Program-made: the position numbers and the translations under genes
The notes under the pieces: generated by a model
Databases searched by the model: none
Seen by the model: the letters and a program-made list of their open reading frames with translations, nothing else
Told to the model about the DNA's origin: nothing
In this document: positions 50,231 to 60,078 of the stretch, in pieces
Position numbering within the stretch: the stretch's first letter is position 1
Layout of the letters: every line of letters begins with the position of its first letter
NCBI GenBank assembly: GCA_965226495.1
Contig: OZ245365.1
Coordinates: 6,176,001 to 6,240,000, forward strand
Length of the DNA stretch: 64,000 bases
Source: Candidatus Marinacidobacterales bacterium
Lineage (GTDB): Bacteria > Acidobacteriota > Vicinamibacteria > Marinacidobacterales > DATDRI01
Reading direction: 5' to 3'

Positions 50231-50674
50231 AGCTGCGCCAAGTCACGCCGGAATTCGTGGACGAGATCCCGCGAGAGTTAGACCCAGGCAAGCTTTATGT
50301 CTGTTGTCGATACCGTGCGGTCAAGCACCTGTGTGCGTGTGGCTGCGGTGCTGAGATCAACACCCCGTTACATCCCACCGGCTGGACGCTTACGTGCGAC
50401 GGCGTTTCAGTCAGCTTGTCACCGTCCATCGGCAATTGGAGTGAGAAGTGCCAATCCCACCTGGATCATTAACAACAAAATCCAATGGGAACCAAAGTAT
50501 CCAAGACACAAAATTCTGCAAACCAGAAGAGCGCGGGACTTGGAACTGGAACAGTATTTCAGCGCCAATACCAAGCCCGAAACGGGTCACTTTGAGCCGA
50601 AACGGCTCCTCATTTTGACGTCGATGCGACGCTGTCTCACACGAATCTGGCACTGGATCTTGCGTCGTCGCTAG
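50227..50674 (+). pseudogene. DUF6527-like Cys/His metal-binding protein, frameshifted at ~50461
   Basis: HLCACGCG...TPL..W..SLSPSIGNW..CQSH, then continues WIINNKIQW in another frame. Confidence 0.82.
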
Positions 50675-50704
50675 CCTTGGTCGCTACTCCCTGACCGAGG
50701 GAGT

Positions 50705-50775
50705 TGACCCCGTCCTGTGCCAAAACTCGGCCCTTTTGAAATAGACCACAAATCAGCAGCTTAGACGCCCTTGGA
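50705..50775 (+). repeat. IS-end-like repeat copy
   Basis: TGACCCCGTCCTGTGCCAAAACTC..CTTAGACGCCCTTGGA. Confidence 0.9.
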
Positions 50776-50981
50776 TGATGGTGGCGCTCTCCATAATATA
50801 GATGAACTCGACGATGGCCCGTCGCGCGGGTCTTAGAGTGCGTTTGTATTCTTGGACACGACGCGCAGACCTACCCGCCAGGTCCGCCCGTTGCGGACGC
50901 ATTCCGGGCCGACTTCGAAGCTGAGAAGGAAAGGCTTGCGCGAGAGCTCGGGCCCGCGCCGCCCACCTAGGGTGGCCGTCG

Positions 50982-51740
50982 CTACCGACGAATGATCTGC
51001 TGCTTCAGGAGCGCGTCGACGGCGACGACGAGATTCTCGAAAGGCTGCTCCGTACTCGGCGCGGGTTGCAGCCGTCCTTCGCGATCGATTAGGTAGTTGG
51101 CGGGGTATCGCGCCGTCGTCTGATAAATCTCGGGGACGTCCCCCTCGATCGTCAGAAGGGGGTAGCTCACCGACAGGACGTTTTCTTCGAAGTCGAGCTG
51201 CGTTTCGAGGTCCTCTGTGGAGAGGCCGAAGACCATGAATCCCTGTTTCTTGCGTTCCTGATAGAGCTTGTCGAGACCCGGCATTTCCTTGCGGCACGGC
51301 GGACACCAGGTCGCCCAAACGTTTACGAGCACGACCTTTCCTCCATGCTCGTCGAGACGATGAGTGTTGCCGTGGATGTCCGCCGTCGAGAAAGGCGGCG
51401 CCTCGACGTCACTGAGCGCCAGATTCCGCGCCTGCGTAGCGCGCTCGACGACGCCTCGAATCGGAAGGAACACGAGACCGAGCGACAAAATGCCGAGCAT
51501 CAGGCCCACCTTGCTCACGGTTGAGAAGGCTCCTTTGCGGTGGTCGGCGAGCGCGAGGACGAGAGTGATGATGCCCGGCAAGGCCATCGCGATCGCGACT
51601 ATGGAGAGACGGAAGACGAAGTCGGCGTCCCTGTCGGCGCTCGCGCGCGTCAGGCTCCGATAGACGAACAGGCCAAGACCCGCTGCCGCAAAGGGCGACG
51701 CGACGCCGGCCCATAGAGTCCGAAAGTACAGCTTCGACAT
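50982..51740 (-). CDS. TlpA-family thiol-disulfide oxidoreductase with N-terminal TM helices
   Basis: GKVVLVNVWATWCPPCRKEMP, YP.NYLIDREG. Confidence 0.93.
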   Translation of the reverse strand: MSKLYFRTLWAGVASPFAAAGLGLFVYRSLTRASADRDADFVFRLSIVAIAMALPGIITLVLALADHRKGAFSTVSKVGLMLGILSLGLVFLPIRGVVERATQARNLALSDVEAPPFSTADIHGNTHRLDEHGGKVVLVNVWATWCPPCRKEMPGLDKLYQERKKQGFMVFGLSTEDLETQLDFEENVLSVSYPLLTIEGDVPEIYQTTARYPANYLIDREGRLQPAPSTEQPFENLVVAVDALLKQQIIRR

Positions 51741-51980
51741 AACGAAGCCATTCTAGCGTGAGACGGTTCCGTAGCGTGCTAGGGTATTGTCAGGTGCTAT
51801 CAAGTTGAGACGGCGACTGACACAATGAGCCGATGAACAGCCAGCCATCCCGCTACCACATTAATAAGGGGCAATGCCGTTCGCCGAATGATGGAGGCCA
51901 AAAGCGAGCGTGGCAGTAGCCGCGGGTTGGCTTTACAGGCGTGGCCTACCTTAAAGCGTTGCGACGAGGGCGCGTTGCTA

Positions 51981-52387
51981 GCCGGTCTTGAGTTCGTTTG
52001 TGTTTTTGGACACGACGGCGATGAGCCTTCGGTGCCAAGCCAGAAGGGTTTCCGGTGTGACGATACCGGCGACTTCTGCCAAGAGTTTCCGGCCAAGCGC
52101 CTTACCCTTTACCGCGAGCCGACGTCGCTCGTCGTCTGTGAGACGAAGCTTCCTCCCGCAAAGCCGAGCTTTGAGGATTTTGTTCTCCTCGAGCAAGTAG
52201 ACGATAGCGGCCTGGTGGTCACGCTGGAGCCAACCAGCGATGGCGACGACCAACAAGGTCAAGGGCTGGACCGGCGTGCTCATGACCGAGGATTCTAGCT
52301 CCCATTGGCCAATCAAACGTAGATACGTCTATTACGAAACGTCCGGGCGAGCCGGTCTTGAGTTCGTTTGTGTTTTTGGACACGACG
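51981..52387 (-). mobile_element. rve-transposase N-terminal remnant flanked by 37-bp direct repeats
   Basis: YLLEENKILK..RLTDDERRRLAVKGKALGR..VTPETLLAWHR; GCCGGTCTTGAGTTCGTTTGTGTTTTTGGACACGACG at 51981 and 52351. Confidence 0.8.
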
Positions 52388-52401
52388 CCCTACCGCGGTC
52401 C

Positions 52402-52833
52402 TCAGACTTGGAAGCTACCATGCTGGGCGCGACCCCGAACTAACTTTCGAATGTGTCGCTTGTCGTAGTATCGTCCGATACCGATACCAGGACAGTGCTC
52501 TCGCGCCGTGTTCCACTGTGAACGAGTAGCGATTGGCGAGTCTTTGCCCGGCGTGAAGGGGAAGTTCCGGCACTGCGTCGGCCGCACGTCGTAGATCCCA
52601 CAGCCCTTCGTTCTCGGATCCAGGAATACGCAGGTGCCCGAAGCCTCCGATAGAACGCGATGGTCGCCACGTTCCTCAATCGCCCACGCAACCCCAGCCT
52701 TCTGCAACCGACCCACATCGCGCTTGCTCAAAAAGACGCCCTCGACGTCACCCTTGCCGAACATTGACTGTGAGCAGCAGTGACCGCAGTCTGGTTGGCA
52801 CTCGAATCTCAAACCTTTCTTAATCCATCTCAT
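52402..52833 (-). CDS. YkgJ-family cysteine-cluster protein
   Basis: FECQPDCGHCC, CVFLD...CGIYDVRPTQCRNFPF, CPGIG. Confidence 0.9.
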   Translation of the reverse strand: MRWIKKGLRFECQPDCGHCCSQSMFGKGDVEGVFLSKRDVGRLQKAGVAWAIEERGDHRVLSEASGTCVFLDPRTKGCGIYDVRPTQCRNFPFTPGKDSPIATRSQWNTAREHCPGIGIGRYYDKRHIRKLVRGRAQHGSFQV

Positions 52834-52920
52834 TCCATGTACCGCGCAGTCGCCGCTCGGAGCTCCCGACTCGGACCCCTCATTCGTCCTCTTGCGCTCC
52901 GACTGGCATGAACAGCATCC

Positions 52921-53019
52921 AAATAACGAACCGGGGAGTTGCGGCCGGGGGCCGGGCAAAAGAGACAGACTACAGCTAATGCAGTGCGCCCGGCCGTCAG
53001 CTTCAATGGCGCGTTAGAA
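52921..53019 (-). other. Putative degenerate integron attC site
   Basis: Minus strand TTCTAAC..TTGAAGCTGACGGCCGG..CCGGCCGCAACT..GTTATTT, overlapping the upstream stop codon. Confidence 0.55.
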
Positions 53020-53325
53020 TGCCCCCTGCCACATGCCGTCGTCATATGACTCCATCGTGGTTTTTAGCCGCTCATAGAGATGGTCGAGTTCCTTTTGGAG
53101 CTTCTTGTCATCCGTGTGATTTGCTTCCGCCGCGATGTAGCCAATTATCTCATCCAGATCATCCAGAGTCAGCTTAACGATGAGTTTCTTACCTTTGACC
53201 ACCGCCATCCGTAGAGGTCCAGTGACCTCGGGCCCACCCATCGCATGCTCCAGTATGAGACTCCTTTGCCGTGGTGTAATGGCGACTTCAATGGGTTGGC
53301 CGTATTCGATCTTCTGTCGGTTCAT
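53014..53325 (-). CDS. Small acidic hypothetical protein, probable gene cassette
   Basis: 103 aa; LTLDDLDEIIGYIAAEANH; bounded by GTTAGAA and TTCTAAC. Confidence 0.75.
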   Translation of the reverse strand: MNRQKIEYGQPIEVAITPRQRSLILEHAMGGPEVTGPLRMAVVKGKKLIVKLTLDDLDEIIGYIAAEANHTDDKKLQKELDHLYERLKTTMESYDDGMWQGAF

Positions 53326-53440
53326 GATTTGCTGAGACTTCGGGTCGTTCTAACGTTCTACCGCCTAAGTATTGTATCTGGCGCACGGGGAACCAGAAAG
53401 AGGTAGGCAGGTAACTCGCGTTACAGTGATTCCCATGGCG

Positions 53441-53475
53441 TGAACCGCCCCGGGTTTTCCAGGAGACTGTTTTAG
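53441..53475 (-). mobile_element. IS3-family right-end remnant split by IS1380 (continues 54985-55004)
   Basis: TGAACCGCCCCGGGTTTTCCAGGAGACTGTTTTAG + TTGAGTCTCGCCATCT is the reverse complement of 59509-59558. Confidence 0.85.
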
Positions 53476-54984
53476 CCCTAATCGCAAAAAAAAGAGAGCA
53501 AAGTAGCGCGAAAGTATTGACAAAGGAGCCTCTGGGTTTATGTTTGGAGCGTTGCTTCCAAACATAACACCAAACGACCAGAGGCCCCTATAGTGCGCTT
53601 GAAACTATCTCGATTTCGCCGGAACTTCAACAAGGATCTTCCGATCGAGTTCACAGAGCAGAACCTGAGCTCGTTTGGTGGACTGGAACTGTTTTCACGA
53701 TATTTGCGCCGCGTTGAGCTAAGCCGCCGGGTAGGAAAGGCGTGCAGAGGAAAAGGCATTCGGTCGGACTACGGGAGCGTCCGACTGGTTCTGGTGTTGG
53801 TTGGGATACTGCTCGTGGGAGCTCGTCGTCTAGAGCACCTGCAGTATGTCTGTGATGACCCGATGCTGCTTCGCTTCTGTGGGTTGAGAAGACTACCGAG
53901 CCGTCCGACGATCGTGAATTGGCTGAAGCAATTCACGGGAGAGCGGCTCAAGGGCCTATCGGAGTTGAACGGTGTATTGGTCCACGAGCAGATCGAGCGA
54001 TTGGGTCTGAACCGTCTGACGGTAGATATGGACGGCACCGTGGTTCAGGCAGGCAATCAGGTTGGATGGGCGTTTCGAGGATTCAATCCTCATCGCAAGA
54101 AGAATAAAAGTTACTACCCTTTGTTCGCTCACCTGGCTCAGACGGGCCAGATTCTCAAATCCAGAAATCGTCCTGGCAACGTTCACGACTCCAAGGGTGC
54201 CGATGCGTTTCTACGGGAACTGATAGGCGAGCTACGGGGCCAGTTCGGTCGGTCCCGAAAGCTGGAATTCCGCACGGACGCCGCGTTTTTCAACGAAAAG
54301 ATTCTCAAGAGGCTAGAGCGCTCCCGAAGCGAGTTCGCGATCAAGGCTCCGTTCTGGCCGTGGCTCGGCCTAAAGGAGGTCGTCGCTGGGCGCAAGCGAT
54401 GGCACCGCGTGAGTGACGAAATCGACGGCTTCTCCATCAAACACTTCATCGAGCCCTGGAATATCACCGTCCGGATCGCGATCTATCGGAAGCGAGTTCG
54501 ACATCGAACGGCGAAGAACTTCCAGCTCGACCTGTTTTCTCCAGACGACGGCTACTTCGAGTACTCAGCCGTCGCCACCAACAAATCGCTCACCGTCCAA
54601 CGCCTTTGGTACTTCGCTGCTGGGCGAGGCGGCCAAGAGAAAACCTTCGCCGAATTGCGCAGCCAGTTCGCTCTCGACGTCGTGCCCACTAAAAGCTATG
54701 CCGCCAATAGCGCCTGGCAACAGTTGAACGTGCTCGCACACAACCTGTGTCGCAGCTTTCAGCTCGACACCATCGCTGAAACGAAAGGCATCTCTCGAAA
54801 GCGTACATGCACCCATCTGCTGCACACCATCCGCACCATCCCCTTCCGCATCATCAACAAAGCCGGCCGCCTCGTTCGCGTTAGTGGTCGAAACGCGCTC
54901 CGAATGGCCACAAACTCCTCCACTCAGACACTCTTTGAAAGAATCGAACTCGCGCTAGCGTCATGAATTATTGTTCGATTAGGG
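53476..54984 (+). mobile_element. IS1380-family element, transposase 53593-54966
   Basis: SSFGGL.L, VDMDGTV, YYPL, RPGNVH, RTDAAF, RG..EK..ELR, ANSAW; IRs CCCTAATCG/CGATTAGGG; TTAG duplication. Confidence 0.95.
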
Positions 54985-55044
54985 TTAGTTGAGTCTCGCC
55001 ATCTATGTCGAATCCTAGAGGCGTTCTCAAAACTCGCGGAGACC

Positions 55045-55451
55045 TGTGCCTTCTATTTATTGATCCGCGCGCACCGAACTTGATTAGTCTCCGGTCTGCC
55101 GGCACTATGCCTGCATGATTTCGTCGTTGGTTCCCGCTCTCATCTCTGCCTTCAAGGCTCGTCGCGAGCTGGCTCTCGAGAATGTCGCTCTTCGGCAGCA
55201 GCTCGCCGTCCTCCGCCGTTCAGTGAAACGGACGCGGCTCTCGAATGTCGACCGCGAGTTTTGGGTGCTGTTGCGCAGAATCTGGACTGACTGGGAGAGC
55301 GTCCTAGTCATCGTGAAACCTGAGACGGTCATCCGCTGGCACCGTTGTGGGTTCAGACGATATTGGACTTGGAAGAGCCGACGGCGTAGGCCCGGACGAC
55401 CAGGCGTCGCTCCCGAAATACGTGAGCTGATACGGAACATAAGCAGGGCCA
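55045..55451 (+). mobile_element. Truncated rve element (left end plus 5' part of transposase 55115-55451)
   Basis: LENVALRQQL..VKPETVIRWHR.GFR..GRP..IRELIR..SRANP, cut by the repeat at 55452. Confidence 0.85.
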
Positions 55452-55626
55452 ACCCCGTCCTGTGCCAAAACTCGGCCCTCTTGAAATAGACCACAAATCA
55501 GCAGCTTAGACGCCCTTGGAATCCGCCGACCCTTGGGCTGCGTGGCGAGCTACGGGCAGCGGACTTCGCACCCGGAAGTCCCTCATTAGACTGGACTTTA
55601 TCGAGCACAAGAGCGAACGTTCGGTG

Positions 55627-56064
55627 ATGCCGCAGGATACAGGGGTTGGCCGGAACGTCGTTCTGGACGGTTTGGACTTCGCCAGCTTACGGCGGGTCTG
55701 GGAGCAAACGTTTGGGGCTGCTCCCCCACGCTCGCTCTCTCGCGTTTTCATGCGCCGCGTTCTTGCGTACGAACGCCAGTGCCGGACCCTTGGCTGGCAT
55801 TCGGCCACAACCCGGCGCGCTCTGGCTGCCATGGCGAACGGGACGCCAGGCAACGGCGCCGCCGCTCCCGCAGGGTCCGTTTCTGCCGGCACCCATCTCG
55901 TCCGCGAGTGGAATGGCCGGACCTACCAGGTCGAGATACTCGACAACGGCTATCGGTTCGATGGCAAAACCTATCCGTCCCTCACTACCATCGCAAAGCG
56001 AATCACCGGCACCCACTGGTCTGGACCACGCTTTTTCGGTCTGACGCCCAAGCGCAAGGCCTAA
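55627..56064 (+). CDS. DUF2924 domain protein
   Basis: LRRVW..FG..PP..LAYERQ, GTHLVREWNG, YPSLTTIAKRITGTHWSGPRFFGL. Confidence 0.9.
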   Translation: MPQDTGVGRNVVLDGLDFASLRRVWEQTFGAAPPRSLSRVFMRRVLAYERQCRTLGWHSATTRRALAAMANGTPGNGAAAPAGSVSAGTHLVREWNGRTYQVEILDNGYRFDGKTYPSLTTIAKRITGTHWSGPRFFGLTPKRKA

Positions 56065-56065
56065 C

Positions 56066-57726
56066 ATGAAGAAAATCCGCTGTGCCATCTATACGCGAAA
56101 GAGCGCGGAAGAAGGTCTCGAGCAGGATTTCAACTCCCTCGATGCGCAGCGAGAAGCCTGCGCCGCGTATGTCGCGAGCCAGAAAGCGGAGGCCTGGGTG
56201 CTGCTGCCAACCGTCTACGAAGACGCGGGGCTCTCGGGAGGAACCCTAGAGCGCCCGGGCCTGCAGCGCTTGCTCGCCGACATCGATGCCGGTCTCGTCG
56301 AGCAGATTGTGGTCTACAAGGTCGACCGGCTGACCCGTTGCCTTCCGACTTTGCGAAGCTCGTCGAGCGGCTCGAGGCGGCCGGCGCGGTTTTCGTCTCG
56401 GTGACTCAGTCCTTCAACACCGCGACCAGCATGGGACGACTGACGCTGCATATGCTGCTGTCCTTCGCACAATTCGAACGCGAGGTCACGGCCGAGCGGA
56501 TCCGCGATAAGATCGCTGCCTCCAAGCGCAGGGGACTATGGATGGGCGGCCGCGTGCCGCTCGGCTATGAGAAGGACGAGCGCACGCTGTGCATCAACGA
56601 GGCTGAGGCCAAAACAGTCCGGACGCTCTATGCGCTGTACCGGAAGCACGGAACGCTCCGGCAGGTGAAGGCCGAGGCGGACCGTCTGAGACTGCGCACC
56701 AAGCAACGCTTCGCCGCGGATGGAACCCGGACAGGCGGGCTGCCGTTCCGTCGCGGACACCTCCACTGCCTGCTGACCAATCCTCTCTACGCCGGCCGCA
56801 TCCGGCACCAGAGGCGTGTCTACGAGGGCCAGCATCCATCGATCATTGCTCCCGAGCTCTGGGACGCGGTCCAGGCGCAGCTGCAGGCAGGGGCTGCCAA
56901 ACCAAGGAGACGCACGACGAAGGGCCGTGCAGTCCGTTCCCCGCTGGCCGGCAAGCTCTTCGACGAGACCGGGGACCGGCTGACGCCGAGCCACACCAAA
57001 AAGAAAAACGGGCAACGGCTCCGCTACTACGTCTCCCGGCGCCTCATCCAGCACAGTGGCCAAAAGGACCTCTCCGGCTGGCGCCTGCCCGCCCCGATGC
57101 TGGAACAGACCGTCGTGCATCTCATCCGACAGCATGTGGATGCTACGACCTCCCCGGCCTCGTTGATCCATGCTCCGACGATGCAAGAGCTCGCCTCGGT
57201 GCGTCGCTTTTTAGACGGGCTGTGTTCCGGTAGCAAGAATGATAGTGCCTCGGCAGCCCCCCTGCTCCGTCTTATCCGGCGGGTCGACATCAGCCCCGGC
57301 TCTGTGTCCATCCTGCTCGACCGCAATACGTTCGCTGCTTGCCTCTCTATGGAGCCCGAGCGCATTCGCGAGGATGCACTCCGCATCCACGCACCGTTCC
57401 GCTTGCGTCGACGCGGCGTCGAGACCAAGCTCGTTCTGGGCAACCCCACGAAATCCGTCGACCGCACACTCCTGCGCAATATCGCCAACGCCCTCTCCTG
57501 GCTCGACCGAATCAAAGCAGGCAAAACCTATGAGCAGATTGCCACCGAAGACGCCATCCCAACGGACCGCGTGCGCAAGGCAATCCGCTATGCCTTCCTG
57601 GCTCCCGACATCGTCCGCGCCATTGTCGAAGGCCGCCAGCCCGTTGGGCTGACCTCGAGCTACCTCTTGCATCATCCGCTTCCCGACGATTGGGAGAAAC
57701 AGCGAGTGCTCGTCAAAACGCTGTGA
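56066..57726 (+). pseudogene. Large serine recombinase, frameshifted at ~56340
   Basis: RCAIYTRKS..QDFNSLDAQRE, SGGTLERPGL, YKVDRLTR then frame change to DFAKLVE, FAQFEREVTAERIRDK, GG.VPLGY. Confidence 0.9.
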
Positions 57727-58005
57727 GCCTGCCAGCGCCCACTCCGTGAATCGGCTCGGTTAGCAGCAAGCTGCTCTCCGACACTGGCCTCCACCAATCA
57801 GCCTCAAACTGGCCCAAATTCCCTGTCATGGTTTCCAGACTCGGATAGCTCCTTGTACTTGGACCGTCTGCGGAGTCATCTTCGTTTCCTCCGTAAAACT
57901 CCGCTGGATGAATTCGAGGTTTGGCCAATTCGAATTCCGCTATTCGCCTTCTCCTCAGGCGCGATCTAGGCGTAGAGCGTCTTCTCATTGTCTGCGCGAT
58001 TAAGT

Positions 58006-59089
58006 GCCTTGGTGCACAACTCGCGATCTCGGTCCACAATTGTCCTGTACTCGCGGATACGAGGTCCCCATGAGCATTTTCAAACGCACTCAGCGGAAGT
58101 ATGTGAAGAAGGCCTATCGCGTGAGGAATTGGCGTGAATATGAGGCGGGTCTACGCAACCGCGGGAGCCTGACCGTCTGGATCTCGCTCACCGCCGGCAA
58201 GCTTGTGAACTGGGACGCGCCCCGGCCAAGGAGGAGGAAACCGGGCCGTCAACGCAAGTACTCGAACCACGCCATCGAGACGGCTGTCACCCTGGGCATG
58301 GTGTTTCATCTGTCATCTAGGCAGAGCGAGGGATTGCTGCGGTCGTTGTTCGCTCTGATGAAGCTAGACAATGATGTGCCCGATCACACCACGATCTCGA
58401 GGCGCAAGGCGAAGCTGGGTAAGGTCCCCTTCTACCAAGACAAGCAGAAGACGCCGTTGCACATCTTGATCGACAGCAGCGGTCTCGCTGTCCACGCCAG
58501 CCAGCTGCGCAGAGCACCAAAGAGCAGGGACTATCGCAAGCTCCATCTGTGTGTCGACGAGCAGAGTGGCGAAGTCGTCGCCGGCGAGCTGACGAGCAAA
58601 AGAGCCCGCGATTCATCGCGGGTTGCATCGCTTGTCGGACAGATCGACAGTCCCATCTCATCGGCCAGAGCTGACACCGCATACGACGCCAGCGGCGTCT
58701 ATGAGGCAATCGAGAATCACAGCGCTCATCGCTCGCCGAGGGTGCTGATACCGCCGCGCAAGGGCGCCCTGCTCGCATCGGGGCCGGCGAGCAGCCGACA
58801 GCGCAATCGCAACATTGCAGCACAAGCTCGGCTCGGCAAACGAAAGTGGCACACAGAATCGGGCTACAGCAAACGGAGCAAAGTCGAGACAACGTTCCAT
58901 CGCTACAAGGCTATCGTGGGCTCAGCGATGCGAGCGAGAGGGTTGGCGGCACAGAGAGTTGAGGCAAGGATCGGGTGCAAGATTCTCAACACCATGACGG
59001 CGCTCGGGATGCCTGATAGCGAGATGATCGGATGATGGGAGTCGGGGCCAAGCGAGCTCTCGGCCTCTATCGGAGTTATGCACCAAGGC
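58006..59089 (+). mobile_element. IS5-family (IS903-like) element, transposase 58070-59035
   Basis: YRVRNWREYEAGLRNRGSLTVW, PDHTTISRR, IDSSGL, RKLHL, ADTAYD, GYSKRSKVET; IRs GCCTTGGTGCACAACTC / GAGTTATGCACCAAGGC. Confidence 0.93.
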
Positions 59090-59090
59090 A

Positions 59091-59558
59091 ACTCATCGTC
59101 GGTTGGCGAGCGACGACATCGTTGACTGCCGGCATCGCTCTCGATGCGTTGGAGCAGGCGCTGCACGAGCGCCGACTAAACCCAGAAGATACATTGGTGC
59201 ATCACAGCGATCGCGCGTGCAGTACGTCTCGATCCGTTACACCGAGCGGCTCGCCGAGGCGGGTATTGAGCCGTCCGTCAGCAGCCGAGGCGACTCTTAC
59301 GATAACGCTTTGGCTGAATCCATCATCGGCCTCTACAAGACCGAGGTGATCCGTCGACGCGGGCCCTGGCGTGGTCCTGAGGACGTCGAGTTCGCCACCC
59401 TCGAGTGGGTGCATTGGTACAACACGCAACGACTCTTGGAGCCGATCGGAAATGTCTCCCCCATCGAGTACGAGATGAACTACTATCGGTCGCAGGAAGG
59501 CTCGCTAGAGATGGCGAGACTCAACTAAAACAGTCTCCGGAAAACCCGGGGCGGTTCA
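59091..59558 (+). mobile_element. IS3-family 3' remnant (frameshifted OrfB plus right IR)
   Basis: IVGWR..ALDALEQA..HHSDR, QYVSIRYTERLAEAGIEPSV..GDSYDNALAE; ends GGGGCGGTTCA. Confidence 0.9.
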
Positions 59559-59869
59559 AAACGGTTAGCAGGCAATTCCCTGTTCCGGAAGAACAGGGAA
59601 TTTGAGATGGGCGATCCGGGAATCGCTCTAGAAAGAATAGGGACTTGAGATGACCGATCCAGGGACTTGTCATGAGCAATCACGTGACGATTCAATTCGA
59701 GCCAGGAGCAGCATCCCATACTCTAGCGCGAGTAGCCGGAAGTAGTTTTCACCCAGGGCGATGTTCTTGAAGGCGGCGTCGCTTGCGTGTCCGATTGTGA
59801 GGAAAAATCTTCGTCCCTCGGTGTTACAATCCAGCGCGGGTTTGTTGTTGATTGTCCACCACAAAGCAC

Positions 59870-60075
59870 GGTTGGGGCATCCCGGCGGCGGTTGCCGGAT
59901 GGGAACGGATCCGGAGGAGAGCGTCTGCGACAGCTACGGACGGACTCATGATCACGAGAACCTCTTTGTCGTCGGTCCCCCGACGATGCCCGCCGGCGGA
60001 TACACCAACGGAATACTGACGTTGGTTGCTTTAAGCCTACGTTCGGCTCCGAAGATGGCAGAGACGTTGAGCTAG
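59870..60075 (+). pseudogene. C-terminal remnant of a GMC oxidoreductase
   Basis: HPGGGCRMGTDP..SVCDSYGRTHDHENLFVV..P..G..N..LT..ALSLR. Confidence 0.8.
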
Positions 60076-60078
60076 TTC

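Noticed and set aside
57713-58039. 108-aa minus-strand ORF, and similarly 59670-59864
   Set aside because: No recognisable motifs; the first starts inside an IS end; at most these are gene fragments
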